Source: Chrysomallon squamiferum (Eukaryota > Animalia > Mollusca). Taken from it: DNA of 64,000 nt. The notes under the pieces were generated by a model. The model saw nothing but the letters and a program-made list of their open reading frames with translations, had not been told where the DNA came from and made no database searches. The DNA lies in NCBI GenBank assembly GCA_012295275.1, contig CM022677.1, forward strand, positions 13,330,001 through 13,394,000, read 5' to 3'. Shown in pieces: positions 1-12,002 of this stretch (position 1 is the stretch's first letter; the number at the start of each line of letters is the position of its first letter). The translations under genes and the position numbers were made by a program.

Positions 1-469
1 TGAATATATTTAAATAATTTTTGTTCACTGGTTTTACAGGGATCTTTGGTTTCTGGGGGTTTTCAGCGTGAATACTCCAGCTAAAATAATGTGGAAGATT
101 CTAGAAAGCCACCCAGATTTCAGTTTCAAAGACCAGGTGAGCCTCTTGTTACTCAGTAGACTGTGACGAAAACAAAACTGTAAACTGTGAATTAATCTAA
201 CTACTGTTTAATTTGATCATGAACTTGATTATCAAGTCTTTTAGGTTTGTGCTGTAAACTTAGGTTCTACAGCTATTTGGTTGAAACCAAGAACTAGGGT
301 GGGCGTTTTTTCTTCAGTGGTAAAAGTAGAAGAGCCTCAGTCATTAAATGACATTTAGGTAAAATTTAGAAAGACAGGAAAAGGAGAAGAGGTTTGCATG
401 GAGCAGATTACAGTTAGTACACAGAATTCAACAGATTGATATCTCAAACCTGTGATTATACTGATGAGC

Positions 470-1575
470 AGAAGAAAAAGTTAGAAAGAATACTTAACAA
501 ATACTCTGATATTAAAGAGAATACTTAACTGATGTATTTGCTAAAGATGACCTTGATTTGAGTGTACTGACTCTGTAAAATAGAGTGCACATATTTCTTG
601 TCTTCTTGTATAACAGTGTAGTTATGTAGGCATAGATAAACTAGAAGAGATATTTAACATTTTAAAACAGCATGGGTGTAAACTAAAACCAAGCAAACGC
701 TGTTTCCTTAAGAAAGAAGTGAAATAGCTAGGATGTGATGTCTAGAGATGGGGTAGTTACAGATCCAGACAAAATAAAGGCTGTTCTTGAATGGGAAGTT
801 CCAAAGACGCCAAAGGACCTGATGTCATTTTTGCAGTTTGCCAGTTACTTCAGATGATATGTTAAATGATTCTCAGTTACTGCTCGACCTTTGCATTCTT
901 TGGTGAACAGGTTCTGAGATAAGAAAAATCAAGCATTGTTAAAGTACTTGGGATGAGAGTTGTCAAAAGAGATACTTTAAAAGAGAAGTTAACTTCAGCT
1001 CTAGTATCAGGAAACGCTGATTTAAGTGAACATTTCAAGTGTTCAGGGAGTGGGAGCAGTACTGTCATAAGAGCAGAATGGGCAAAGGGAATAAATTACA
1101 TATGTTAGACAGAGCTTGAGACCCACTGAGAGAAACATGAATAATAACAGTTCCATGAAATTAGAGCTTGGTCTGAAATGAGCTGTGACTGAAAAGATTA
1201 AAGATTATCTTCTCAAACATCAATTTACCATATATACAGACAATCCACAAAGTCGTCTTGATACCACAAAATTACATGCAGTGGAATAAACATGGGGATC
1301 TCAGCTGGCAGAATTTGATTTTGATGTGAAATATCGTTCAACACAATAAGAATGCGGATGGTCTATCCAGGAAGAAATTTCAGTGGAAGTTGCTTTGAGA
1401 GATACTGGTAGTGGGTCAGAAGTTCCACAACCAATAAGACAACTCAAACTGAAACTACCTCTGGGACAGCGTATTGTTATTAGACCTCATTAGACTGTAG
1501 CCATGGATTTCACAGTGCTGCAGCCATCTTCAAGTGGCAAAAAAAATGTCTTAAACATAACTTTATGTTTTCTAG
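470..1575 (+). mobile_element. Decayed Ty3/Gypsy LTR-retrotransposon pol fragment (RT end, RNase H, start of integrase)
   Basis: Hand translation gives broken but ordered pol motifs: GCKLKPSKRCF (~675), TDPDKIKAVLEWEVPKTPKDLMSF (~760-830), SSMKLEL (~1150), FTIYTDN (~1225), AEFDFDVKYR and NADGLSR (~1310-1370), VAMDFTVL (~1500). Many stops and frameshifts; boundaries approximate. Confidence 0.85.
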
Positions 1576-3394
1576 TATTTATTTTGTTTGTCCACGATGT
1601 TGATCATGTCAGTTCACGTGACAGAATTCTCACATTGTCTCCATGTTGTCTGAGTAGAATGTTCTCTACAGATCAAAGGTTTGAAACTGCTGTTTTTTAT
1701 AGGTTTCAAAGATATAATTAAACTAATATTGCATAAGAAAGTAAAACACAAAAGTTATTATTAACAAAAATCTTATATACAATAACCCATGTTTTGGAAA
1801 TTAGCAAAAAAAAGATTTAAAAAAAAGATAAAAGCAAAGTGGACTCTTTATTAAAATCCAAAAAAAAGTATAATGATAAATAAAGTAAATTCCTTTTGTG
1901 TCCCTCCAAAATATTATTTTGTTTATTTATGGTGAACAATCTTGTTAATTATAATGTTTGCCACAAAACTGAAGAAACTTGCTGATTATGAACACTAAAA
2001 ATTATAAACTTCTGTATTTTAAAAAAAAATAACAGACAAGCAGATAATTTTCAAGAGATATCTTAATGATGATGTAAAATGTATTTATTATGACTAAATC
2101 AGTTGTAATTTTTAATACTTCAGGTAACTTTTAAATAATAATTTGCTATCCTTTCCAATGATAAATGTTATAGTTTTTAAGTAAATCAATTTTATTTATC
2201 AGTGATAAGTTTTGTTTATTATTTTTACAGGATAAACAAGCCCTTGCTGACCAGAAAAAGTTCTATCAGGCCAAGGATGACCACTTGACCAGGCTTGTAG
2301 TACAATTCAGTGAAGAAGAATCACTTCTCCAGTTTGTGGTGTTAAAAGAAATTTGTACAAACTCAGAAACTCATATGAGTTCAATGTTTTCTAATCAAAT
2401 GCTGAGTATAATGGACAGGTAATTCAGTTTAGAACTAGATTTTATAAACTGTAAAATATAAATCATTTAATGCCATATGAGAATATTTTAATATTATTAT
2501 TATATATAATGTTCTTTTTTTAAATAATGGTATCTGTAGATGCAAAGAAAAAGACAAAACGTGACACTGATACAGCAGTTGGGAGAAAAGGAATGTACTT
2601 TAGAAAATGTATCTTCAAAAATTAACACATAAATATTACTGATCTTACTTGTTGTCAATTTTTATAAAATATATTAATTTATGTACTTAATAAAAAGTTA
2701 AATAGATGTTACTGCTTTAAAAAAGAAAAAGTGGGTCTTGTTAAAATGTTTGAATGTAATATTTTATATTTCAGTCACCACAGAAAGCTATTAACAAGAA
2801 CTGATGTACACTGAATCTAAATGACTTGACAAGGTTGCCTCCAAGTTCTTCAGGTTTTCTGACTGTACTGAACTAAGTAAACAGACGATAAAACATCTCC
2901 ACAGTAAATATAAAGAATTGAATAACTGGATAAAATAACATTTTAAAAACATTACTTGTGTGAATCATGGACTGTTCTTATTGAAGAATTTATAATATTG
3001 TGATACTGAATTTAGATTCAAAGTTACAATGTTGTTCATGAAAGATGTAATCAGATATACTCAGTATACTGAATGTTTGGACCAGACACAGCACCAAGTA
3101 CAGGCAAGTCTGTGATAAAACAAGTTACTTTTTTAAAATGATTTAGTGTCAGAAATCCTTTATTACTGACTTAAAATAAAAGTACAGACTTCGTATTAAA
3201 AAATGTTTGGTTTAAGGGAGATAATTTTTTTTTTAATTTAATTTTATATTTTTAAATAATTTTGTTTTGAAAGAATACTGTACTTAATAATCTAATCAAA
3301 ACTTAAAATAAATAAATACCAAGAGTTCTGGTAAAAATGTACCCTATAAAACATCGTTAAAACATAAAATGAAATCAGTTGACCTATTTAAATA

Positions 3395-3795
3395 ACAGAG
3401 TTGAACAGACTGGCTTTTGGCTTTTTGACCAAATGTACTTTAACACCCGAAGGTGCATAGTCACGTGACATAACGTCATCTCAAAATAAATAAAAAAGTA
3501 TATAGGGTGGGGGGGAGTGAAAGACAAGACGTGATATATTGTCAACCTAACTCTTGTGATTTGTAAAACAAACAAAGATCTTCATTACTGGCTTTTGGCT
3601 TTTTAACCCGAAGGAGCATAAGTTAAAGTACATTTGGTCAAAAAGCCAAAAGCCAATCATGGGGAACTTTGTTTTTTTAACTTATGATCCTTCGGGTTTT
3701 GGCTTCGCCCGAAGGAACATTATCACCTTCGGGTTAAATCTATCAGGTCATTACAAAATTCATCCCGCACTCTGTTTTTTTTTCTTTGATGAGTA
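3395..3795. repeat. Scrambled left terminus of unit 1 (type A hairpin/ITR fragments)
   Basis: Contains TGGCTTTT iterons and the type A hairpin core (3679-3736). AAATCTATCAGGTCATTACAAAATTCA (3736-3762) is the reverse complement of the unit 1 right end at ~8572-8598. Confidence 0.85.
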
Positions 3796-4059
3796 AATAT
3801 TATTTAAACGGAATATGACGTCATATATGTTTTAATGACGTTATGTATATGACGTCATATCCGTTATAATTGCAAACGATATTAAGATTTCTAAATAATA
3901 TTTAAAATATTAATAATTAATTAATTAATTTTTAAAAATATTTTAATAATAACTAATTAATTTAATAATAATATATTAATATAACATTTTAATTTTAACA
4001 TTTTGTAACAGTTTTTAAACAGTTTTTAAACAGTAATTATGTTTACTTTTATTATTTAA

Positions 4060-5799
4060 TAAGTCTGATTTATATTTATTAAAAATGTCCATTTGGGTTT
4101 CCAGAATAGTTTCAGTAAACTGATCCAGGAATGGTTGTGTTTCATGTACGTATTACTTGAGTTTCTTTTGATCAGATTCTTCTGGTTCGATTCCTGCTGT
4201 TATGTAATGTTCGTCAATATCTTCATCCAATTTTCGTTTACTTCCTCTTTCTTGATTTTGTTGATCATTAATCTCATGTTGACTTTTAATAAATAAGTCT
4301 TGTGAAGGATTGTAACATTCAGTTACATCATTTTCATCTTCATCACTTGAAATCATAATATAGTCTATTTTATCATCTTTCTGATTATTTAACATTGGAT
4401 TTTGTGTTCCACGTACGGATTGGCTATCATCAAAATTATCTCTAAAATAGCTATTGCGTCCATCAAATGTGTTGTCATTGATGTTATTATTGTTTTTATT
4501 GTAGAAATATTCTCTGTCATTTTCCAATGCAATATTCATCTCATCATCTGTTGGATCGAATCCGATAGTAAACAACTCTGGATGCATGAGATTAGATGCA
4601 TTTTTTAATACGTCACTCTTCTTTAAGTCTTGAATAAAATAAAGTCTTGTCTTCATGATACTGATTTGACTTGTAGTCAAACCATCTCCAAACCGATTAT
4701 TTGAGTTTATCATACAAATATTTGCTCGGCAGTAGCATAGTGTTGTTCCCTTACGTTCACACTAAGCAAATCTTTATATTTATCGATATTTGTTTGATTG
4801 ATTGAAATTTCTTCTCCTAACACGATCTTTTTGTTTCCAAGCATCTGCCAAGGGAAATTGTCTTTCGCTATTTTTCCTGCGCATGATAAACATTCAAACA
4901 TGCTACTCGATATCATGGTCTTTCCATAATCTGACTCTCCTTGTAAATATATGCCGACCTTCTTTTTCCCTTTTCCTTTCAATAATGCAACAATCAAACA
5001 ATACAGCCATCTCTCTGGCAGATGTTCAACGCACCAACTATTGAATACTTTCAAACTGTCCTCTGGTGTCATGTAATGTTCAATAGTATCATTTAAGTTC
5101 ATACTTTGTTCAAAGGCATTTTTATCCGATTGTTCATCTAAGAATTTTGATCTAGCCGCTTTAAAAAGTTGTTCACCAGATGTGTTTGCAACCGAATTAC
5201 ATAATGCCTTAAATTCGTTCGTACTACTGTCAAATTTACTAATCAACATGTTCAGTTTGTTAACTTCTGGATGTTTTACGATCAAATTGTAGAAGAAATC
5301 CAACGTATCAGCTGACTTGTTGGTTAATAGATGTGAAGGAATATTGTCATTCTTTGTATTAATTGTAGCAGTTTTATCATCTTCCATCACTGTATTCTCT
5401 ATCTTAGCCTCAGATGAAGCTGTTCCTGCTCCGTGATTGATAGACATATTCATAGTTGTTGGTTCTGATTTCACTTTAATTTCATCTTTTCTGATAGGTT
5501 CCTATATGGCAGACATCATGGACATATCGTTAGAGATATCTTTATTGTCAAAAAAGTCCATCGGCTAAATATTCATGGCTGGGTGTTGCCCAATGGTCAA
5601 CCGGTTTGTCTAAGATATCCTGTGGATCCATCTGATAGCTTTTTATAAAGTTTTTACCTTGAGCATAGACGTATTTACCTTCTTTGTCCTTCACTAGGCT
5701 TCTCGGAACTAAATATTTGGGATGCACCATATCATATAATGGATGTCCAACAATTACGCTGTAATAACTGTCTTCCGGTAATTCAATGTATCTATCCAT
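4060..5799 (-). pseudogene. NS1: NS1/Rep of unit 1, fragmented; HUH nuclease region deleted
   Basis: ORFs 5548-5799, 4710-5474 and 4153-4713 align in order to the intact NS1 at 9774-11954. Walker A GESDYGKT and Walker B VLGEE are present. The sequence jumps from HEYLA to the DFFD region near 5560, removing the HxH motif. Confidence 0.92.
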
Positions 5800-5856
5800 T
5801 TTTTATCAATATAGTTATAATATGTTGAAACAATTCTTTTGTAATGAATAACAAAC

Positions 5857-5987
5857 GAATGAAAAATTAAATTGAAGCGTCTTTATTTATAACAAATGTA
5901 ACATGACGTCATCCAAATGACGTAATAATGTGTACGTGACATTAATAATGTTAACATTTAAAAATACTTTTAACTGTATTAATACGC
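5857..5987 (-). promoter_or_regulatory. Internal NS1 promoter, unit 1
   Basis: On the minus strand: TGACGTCA (5904-5911), TATAAATAAA (5891-5882) and TCATTC initiator-like (5862-5857). Same layout in all six units. Confidence 0.75.
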
Positions 5988-6011
5988 AAATATAAGCACT
6001 ATTTACATCAG

Positions 6012-8096
6012 TTATATTGGATATGACCAATCAGTAGTACTACCAGTAATGGGTACAGATCTATCACCATAGATTCCATGAATAGGCCAAATGAATCTAC
6101 GTCTATTTTTACGTTTAAACCAATTGTCCCATATAGGTGCAACAATTCGCATTCTCAATTGTTTTTCAATTCTCTCTTTATACTGTTTACCAGTTTCATC
6201 CAAAAACTGATCTTGTTCAGTATGTTTTACATTGTCTTTATTTCCTGTTGGTATAGTGTCATTAGCTTTGAAAAATAAACCCTGCATTGGTCCAGGACAT
6301 CCACCTAAACCTATCGGTATATATTTAGGACACATACCAGTTCTTACAACAAATTCAACTTATTTGAATATTAGCATGATAGTTAAAGAATAAAGTTGAT
6401 CCGCTAGTAGTTTTTTCTACATCTGGATATATTCCAATTAAAAACATGGGAGGTCTATTACACTGAAAAGTCCTTCTATTTGATCCATCTATACATGTAT
6501 TAACATTAGGATCATCAGCATCATTATAAGATACACCAGATTTAGCTATCTTGGTACCAGCATCATCTACCATACATGGAGCACCTAGATCTCTAGATGC
6601 TTTATGTTGGTAACATCCTTTATAATTAACAGACCTATATTGATGATTGAAATAGGTAGTAACTGCTGTTGCCATAGGATGTGTTGAAACATTAGTTACT
6701 GTAATTTCATGCGTTGGCCAAACTTCTAGATTATCTTTATTTTCATTGATATTTATCTTTTCTAATAGTCATTTGAGTAAAATTTAAAATGTGACTAATT
6801 TCACCTGGAAATATAACTAATGTTGAATCTTTACATGTATAATATAATCCAAATCCACCTGCACTGATAACTTTCTCTATAACCATCATGTTTTTTCATG
6901 TCATAAATGTAATTAGGTGTTTCAGCAGTGTAATTAATATTATCACTGTTTTGGGTCCATGCATTATTTAATAATTGCATACCTATGTCACTAGGTAAAT
7001 ACATTTTACGATCTGGTTGAACTGGTATAGCTCTATGAGATGTATTATCCATACACTCTTCATCTCTAAATCGATTGTTATGAGACAAATTTAAATGTCT
7101 ATCTGGTAAACCGTAATCATTGTAAATATCTGTAAATGTCCAAACACGTGCATTTGGTGGTGCCATTACAGGTACTTCGTTTGGATCTGATTTATTATTA
7201 TTTAGTACATGTATTATCATATTATTTATATTAAATCCAAATCTTTTAATTTTATAACCAACAAATTCATCTGGTAAATTCCAGTCCTCAGGTTTCGTAC
7301 TTGCTTGTTTGTACCAATAAGGTATGATATGTCCTCCATGATTAAATACAAATTCACATACATTAGGATCACCTATTGCTTTTTTCTAGTTAGTATTATC
7401 TGTACCATTATCTAATATTTTCATTGTAGCTTTTCTAGTTTTAGTAAAATTGATCACACTAGTAAATGTTCTTTTGAATGTCTTTTTAATAGTTATATAT
7501 CTAGGATTAGCTCCTTTAGTGGTTCCTCCAAATCCTTGATACAAAACGTTGTTACCTGTAGCTGAAGCCATCGTAGCACCTTCAACAGCTTCGCTTCCAC
7601 CTGTATCGGTAACCTCTTCATTCATTATTGAATCAGGCTCCATTACAGATTCTTGTGGTTGAAGGTATGTTCCTTTAGAATTAGATTGTTCAATTACATC
7701 TTGTGATATTCTATCTGATAATTGATTGTTATTAGGCACTTTGGAACTTGATCCACCTGCTGGTTCACTTGTTTGTCTCTTCATAGCTTGTTTTGATTCT
7801 GATCTTGGTCTATCTTGTATTTGTTCGTCTTCTGGGTATAAAGGTGTATTGAAAGGGTCCTCTTCGTCCGAATTCTCAAAATTGTTATTGTTTTCCCGAA
7901 GATCTTGTATTGCCTTATATAAACTTTGATTAGGTATTTGTAAATTTGGATACTGACGTCGTATTTGTAACCACCTATCTTGGCGTTGATCAACCGGCAC
8001 ATTTAAATCTGCTGATATAGATAATGCCTTCGATTTAGCTATTGCCCAAAGTCGTGTAACTTCTTTCTTATTCAGCAGACGTTTTCCTTTATTCAT
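6012..8096 (-). pseudogene. VP: Capsid (VP) gene of unit 1, frameshifted
   Basis: Four ORF fragments (7386-8096, 6831-7220, 6355-6675, 6012-6335) are collinear with the intact 708-aa ORF at 12139-14265. Confidence 0.9.
7781..8002 (-). CDS. Candidate overprinted ORF (ORF-X, 73 aa) in the +1 frame of VP
   Basis: ATG-initiated and homologous to equivalent ORFs in all five VP copies. Its TGA overlaps the ATG of an internal VP Met (AMKR). Confidence 0.5.
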   Translation of the reverse strand: MCRLINAKIGGYKYDVSIQIYKYLIKVYIRQYKIFGKTITILRIRTKRTLSIHLYTQKTNKYKIDQDQNQNKL

Positions 8097-8458
8097 GAAA
8101 TCGGACTGTTTCTATATATGTAATTTACGTATTCGTCCTCTTCTTGTTCTAAATCTTCTCGTTCAGATTTAGAAACGTTGTTATCCAATTCTTTTTCACC
8201 TGATTTAACTAAATCACCAAACTGATTTAATGCTTCTTGTATTTGATTTTTAGTATATGTAGAAATACCTTCAATTGACGATTCTACAATAGATTGTCCA
8301 ATAGCTGTAGCTGGCTCCAGGTCTATACTATCAGCTCCCAATATTTCAGTAATAGCAGGTACTGTAGATTCTATTATGGCAGATATAGCTATTTCCACTG
8401 AAGCATCAAAAGCATATTCGATAATTTCAGTTGCTATAATGCCTAAAGCTGTGAACAT
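8093..8458 (-). CDS. Small acidic viral protein (121 aa) upstream of VP; possible minor capsid/entry protein
   Basis: Intact ORF conserved in units 1, 3 and 4 and damaged in 2 and 6. Its stop overlaps the VP start as ATGA (8096-8093). Function is inference only. Confidence 0.85.
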   Translation of the reverse strand: MFTALGIIATEIIEYAFDASVEIAISAIIESTVPAITEILGADSIDLEPATAIGQSIVESSIEGISTYTKNQIQEALNQFGDLVKSGEKELDNNVSKSEREDLEQEEDEYVNYIYRNSPIS

Positions 8459-8542
8459 CCTATCGAAGCAATAGCTTGATTACAAATGAATTATATTTTA
8501 AAAATTAAATATTAAATATAAAATATTACGGAAATTACGTAA

Positions 8543-9127
8543 TACTCTTCAAAATAAAAAAGCGTGGGGGGTGAATTTTGTAATGACCTGATAGATTTCA
8601 ACCTAACTCTTGTTATTGTAAAAAAAACAAAGTTCCTCATGATCTGGCTTTTTAGCTTTTTGGCTTTTTGACCATAATGTACTTTTAGCCCGTAACTCTT
8701 GTTATTGTAAAAAAAACAAAGTTCCTCATGATCTGGCTTTTTAGCTTTTTGGCTTTTTGACCATAATGTACTTTTAACTTATGATCCTTAGGGTTCTGGC
8801 TTCGCCCGAAGGAACGTTATCACCTTCGGGCTAAAAGTACATTATGGTCAAAAAGCCAAAAAGCTAAAAAGCCAGATCATGGTGGAACTTTTTTTTTTTT
8901 TTTACAATAACAAGAGTTAGGTTGAAATTGCAAAGTTCCTCATGATCTGGCTTTTTAGCCTTTTGGCTTTTTGACCATAATGTACTTTTAGCCCGAAGGT
9001 GATAACGTTCCTTCGGGCGTAGCCAGAACCCGAAGGATCATATGTTAAAAGTACATTATGGTCAAAAAGCCAAAAAGCTAAAAAGCCATGTAGTGAGGAA
9101 CTTTGTTTTTTTTACAATAACAAGAGT
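8543..9127. repeat. Type A right ITR with a partial arm plus two full hairpins (flip then flop)
   Basis: Palindromic arms surround the core at 8776-8832. The core at 8990-9046 is its reverse complement with about three substitutions. Confidence 0.92.
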
Positions 9128-9427
9128 ATCCCAACTCAACTCTTGTGTAATTTTTAAAAAACAAACCCCAACTCAACTCTTGTGTAATTTTTAAAAAACT
9201 ATGTATAACTTTACTGGTTTTCTGGTTTTCTGGTTTTCTGATCTTGAAAGCCAATATGTACTTTTAACTTATGACCGTAGGGCTCGGGCTACGCCCGAAG
9301 GAGCTAGTCACCTTCGGGTTAAAAGTACATATTGGCTTTTAAGACCAGAAAACCAGAAAACCAGGAAAGTTATACATTGTTTTTTAAAAAATGCACAAGA
9401 GTTGAGTTGGGGTATATCATCATACCA
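9128..9427. repeat. Type B terminal hairpin (left end of unit 2), flip form
   Basis: Imperfect palindrome of ~245 bp, 9166-9412 (CCCCAACTCAACTCTTGTG...CACAAGAGTTGAGTTGGGG), with CTGGTTTT iterons and a GC-rich core at 9266-9320. Confidence 0.92.
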
Positions 9428-9773
9428 TTTTTAACCACGTGTTACATTAATATATTACTATTAAACTATACTTAATAATAATAACACATATATAATTATT
9501 CATATATTTTATTATTATTAATATATATATTTACATTATTTTATTAATGATTTTTATTATTAACATAACATTGTTATTATAATAACACATATATAACATT
9601 TATGAATATATATATTTATTAACAATAATATATATATATATATATGATTAATATTTTATTAACATATTTATTTTAATATTTAACAACCATATTAATACGT
9701 ATTTTAAATTATTTAATTCAACATTTTAATATAGAACTATAACAATGAACATAGTTTATAATGTTTATATGAA

Positions 9774-11954
9774 TTATTCATTCTTATATTTATCGAAAAT
9801 ATCCATTTGTGTTTCTTGAATGGTATCAGAAAACATTGCCTCGAATGGTTGTGACGGCGGAATATAAAATTTAAATTTTTTTTGACTGTCATGTTCTGGT
9901 TCATGATCGACTGTGATGTACTGAGGATCTATGCAATCTGTATCCGATACGTCTTCTGTTTCCACTTCGTAAAATTTTCTTTTAATGCCTTTCTCATGTT
10001 GACTGTTATCTTTGATTTTGTTTTGTGATTGTCTGAATAAATCTTGAGATGGATTATAAATGGTATCATCTTCTGAGTCGGAAATCACAATGTATTCAGG
10101 TTCTGTGTTTATAACCAGTTCTTTTTTAATATTAGGTTCATTAGTGTCTTCAGAACAATCTTGACTAGGATCGAAATGGTCGTGATAATAGCTGAGTCTT
10201 CCTTCGAAAGAATTGTCATTGTTATGTATGTTGTTAATGTTATTAAAGTATTCTCTATCGTTCTCAAGCGCTAAATTGATTTCGTCATCGGTAGGTTCAC
10301 GACCTACCGTAAACAGTTTTGGATGCAACAATCCATAACATTGCTTGAGAATGTTACTTCTCTTTAAGTCCTCTATGAGAAACAGTCTAGTTTTCATTAT
10401 TCGAATTTGTGTTGTTGTTAACCCATCACCAAATCTATTGTTTGAATTTAGTAAGCACAGGTTACCTCGACAATACACAGGAGTTGTGCCTTTCCGCTCG
10501 CAGGTAGCCTTCGATCCACTTAGTAAATCCTTATACTTATCGATGTTAGTCTGATTTATGGATATTTCTTCACCTAGAATTATTTTTTTATTGCCTAACA
10601 TCTGCCAAGGAAAATTGTCCTTGGCAATTTTACCGGCTGTTGGTACGCATTCGAATAATGAGCTAGATAGCATCGTTTTTCCACTGTCTGATTCTCCTTG
10701 AAAATATACACCAATCTTTTTTTTTCCTTTACCCTTCAATAATCCAACTATTAAACTATACATCCATCTTTCCGGTATTTCTTGTTCGACACACCACGAA
10801 TTAAACATCTTGAAACTATCATCCGGGCTCATGTAGTGGTCTATCTTATCGTTAAGTATTTTTAATTGTTCGAACGCTGTTTTCTCTGCTTGTTCTTCTA
10901 AATATTTCGATCTTGCTGCGTTAAAAAGTTTATCACCAGATGCATTGGCAACTGCATTGCACAGCGCTTTGAATTCATTGGTGCCTGATTCAAACTTACT
11001 AATTAGTAAGTTTAACTTGTTGACATCTGGATATTGTTTTATGAGGTTATAGAAGAACTCTAGAGTATCAGATGACTTTGTATTTATCAGATGTGACGGA
11101 ATAGATATTTTTTCTGAATCCATATTTTTAGCATTTTCGGAAGTATCCATTGATTGAATTATAATGTTATCTCTCTTGACTTCGTTTACTGTAAGTCCGT
11201 CTTGTTTATATCCCGATGTCGATGGTTGAACAATAGAGTCGTACTTCTTAACTGGATTTCTAATAGTACAGGCATTATTTTTATTCAATTTGCTTGTTGC
11301 TGAATCATCGAAAAAATCTCTCAAAATGTTGAGAATATCTGTGTCATTTTCATTTATTTCCTTTTCGATCGAATTCCATATTTGTAACATTCCTTCGTCG
11401 GTTGTTCCTAAATACTGTTTTTCATCATCAGACATCAAATATTTTATATAATCGTCTATCGTAGATTTTTGTGGATCGCGTAGTTTCATGATCTCCATGT
11501 ATCCACCTTCGCCTAACACTGCTCTATGTAGTCGCCTATACTGCCTGTCTTGAGACGGTGTTTTAAGGGATGTTTTCCAGATAACATGGCAGTGAGTCCC
11601 GTATGTTGGATGGTTAACATTTGATTGGCAGTCTTTTTGGTGGTATACTAACAATGTCTTCCAGGATTTATTCCTTAAAAAGGCTTTAAATTCATTAATG
11701 ACACGATCCTGGCCACGAGGAAGATTTTCATAATTGGGTGTTGACCAGTGGTCAACCACTTTATCTAAAAGATCTTGTAAGTCCATTTCATATGATTTAA
11801 TGTATTGCTTTCCGGTAGCATAAATGAAATTGCCATCCTTATCTCGTGCCAGACATCTTGGTACGAGATACTTCGGATGTACCATATCGTAGTTAAGATG
11901 ACCAATTACGACACTGTAAAAGATCTGATCTGGTAGATCAACAAATCTATCCAT
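9774..11954 (-). CDS. NS1: NS1/Rep, intact (726 aa): HUH endonuclease + SF3 helicase
   Basis: HUH motif GTHCHVIW, candidate catalytic Tyr in YIKYLM, Walker A GESDSGKT, Walker B IILGEE, B' region KDLLSG...ERKG and motif C LLNSNN. This matches the parvoviral NS1 architecture. Confidence 0.96.
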   Translation of the reverse strand: MDRFVDLPDQIFYSVVIGHLNYDMVHPKYLVPRCLARDKDGNFIYATGKQYIKSYEMDLQDLLDKVVDHWSTPNYENLPRGQDRVINEFKAFLRNKSWKTLLVYHQKDCQSNVNHPTYGTHCHVIWKTSLKTPSQDRQYRRLHRAVLGEGGYMEIMKLRDPQKSTIDDYIKYLMSDDEKQYLGTTDEGMLQIWNSIEKEINENDTDILNILRDFFDDSATSKLNKNNACTIRNPVKKYDSIVQPSTSGYKQDGLTVNEVKRDNIIIQSMDTSENAKNMDSEKISIPSHLINTKSSDTLEFFYNLIKQYPDVNKLNLLISKFESGTNEFKALCNAVANASGDKLFNAARSKYLEEQAEKTAFEQLKILNDKIDHYMSPDDSFKMFNSWCVEQEIPERWMYSLIVGLLKGKGKKKIGVYFQGESDSGKTMLSSSLFECVPTAGKIAKDNFPWQMLGNKKIILGEEISINQTNIDKYKDLLSGSKATCERKGTTPVYCRGNLCLLNSNNRFGDGLTTTQIRIMKTRLFLIEDLKRSNILKQCYGLLHPKLFTVGREPTDDEINLALENDREYFNNINNIHNNDNSFEGRLSYYHDHFDPSQDCSEDTNEPNIKKELVINTEPEYIVISDSEDDTIYNPSQDLFRQSQNKIKDNSQHEKGIKRKFYEVETEDVSDTDCIDPQYITVDHEPEHDSQKKFKFYIPPSQPFEAMFSDTIQETQMDIFDKYKNE

Positions 11955-12002
11955 ATTGTATAATATCTTTAGTTTAACTTATTACGTTAAAAGATAATTG
12001 AC

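Noticed and set aside
2231-3110. Exon-like segments with AG/GT boundaries
   Set aside because: They contain stops and no recognisable protein; probably decayed transposon or pseudogene debris.
9201-9434. ORFs inside hairpins (also 15179-15424, 21008-21427, 21411-21605, 21761-21958)
   Set aside because: They recur only because the hairpin recurs and change strand with flip/flop orientation; no protein features.
9774-11954. Helitron or CRESS-virus Rep assignment
   Set aside because: The helicase is SF3 rather than Pif1, the termini are long flip/flop palindromes, and the partner ORF has parvovirus capsid-like segments.
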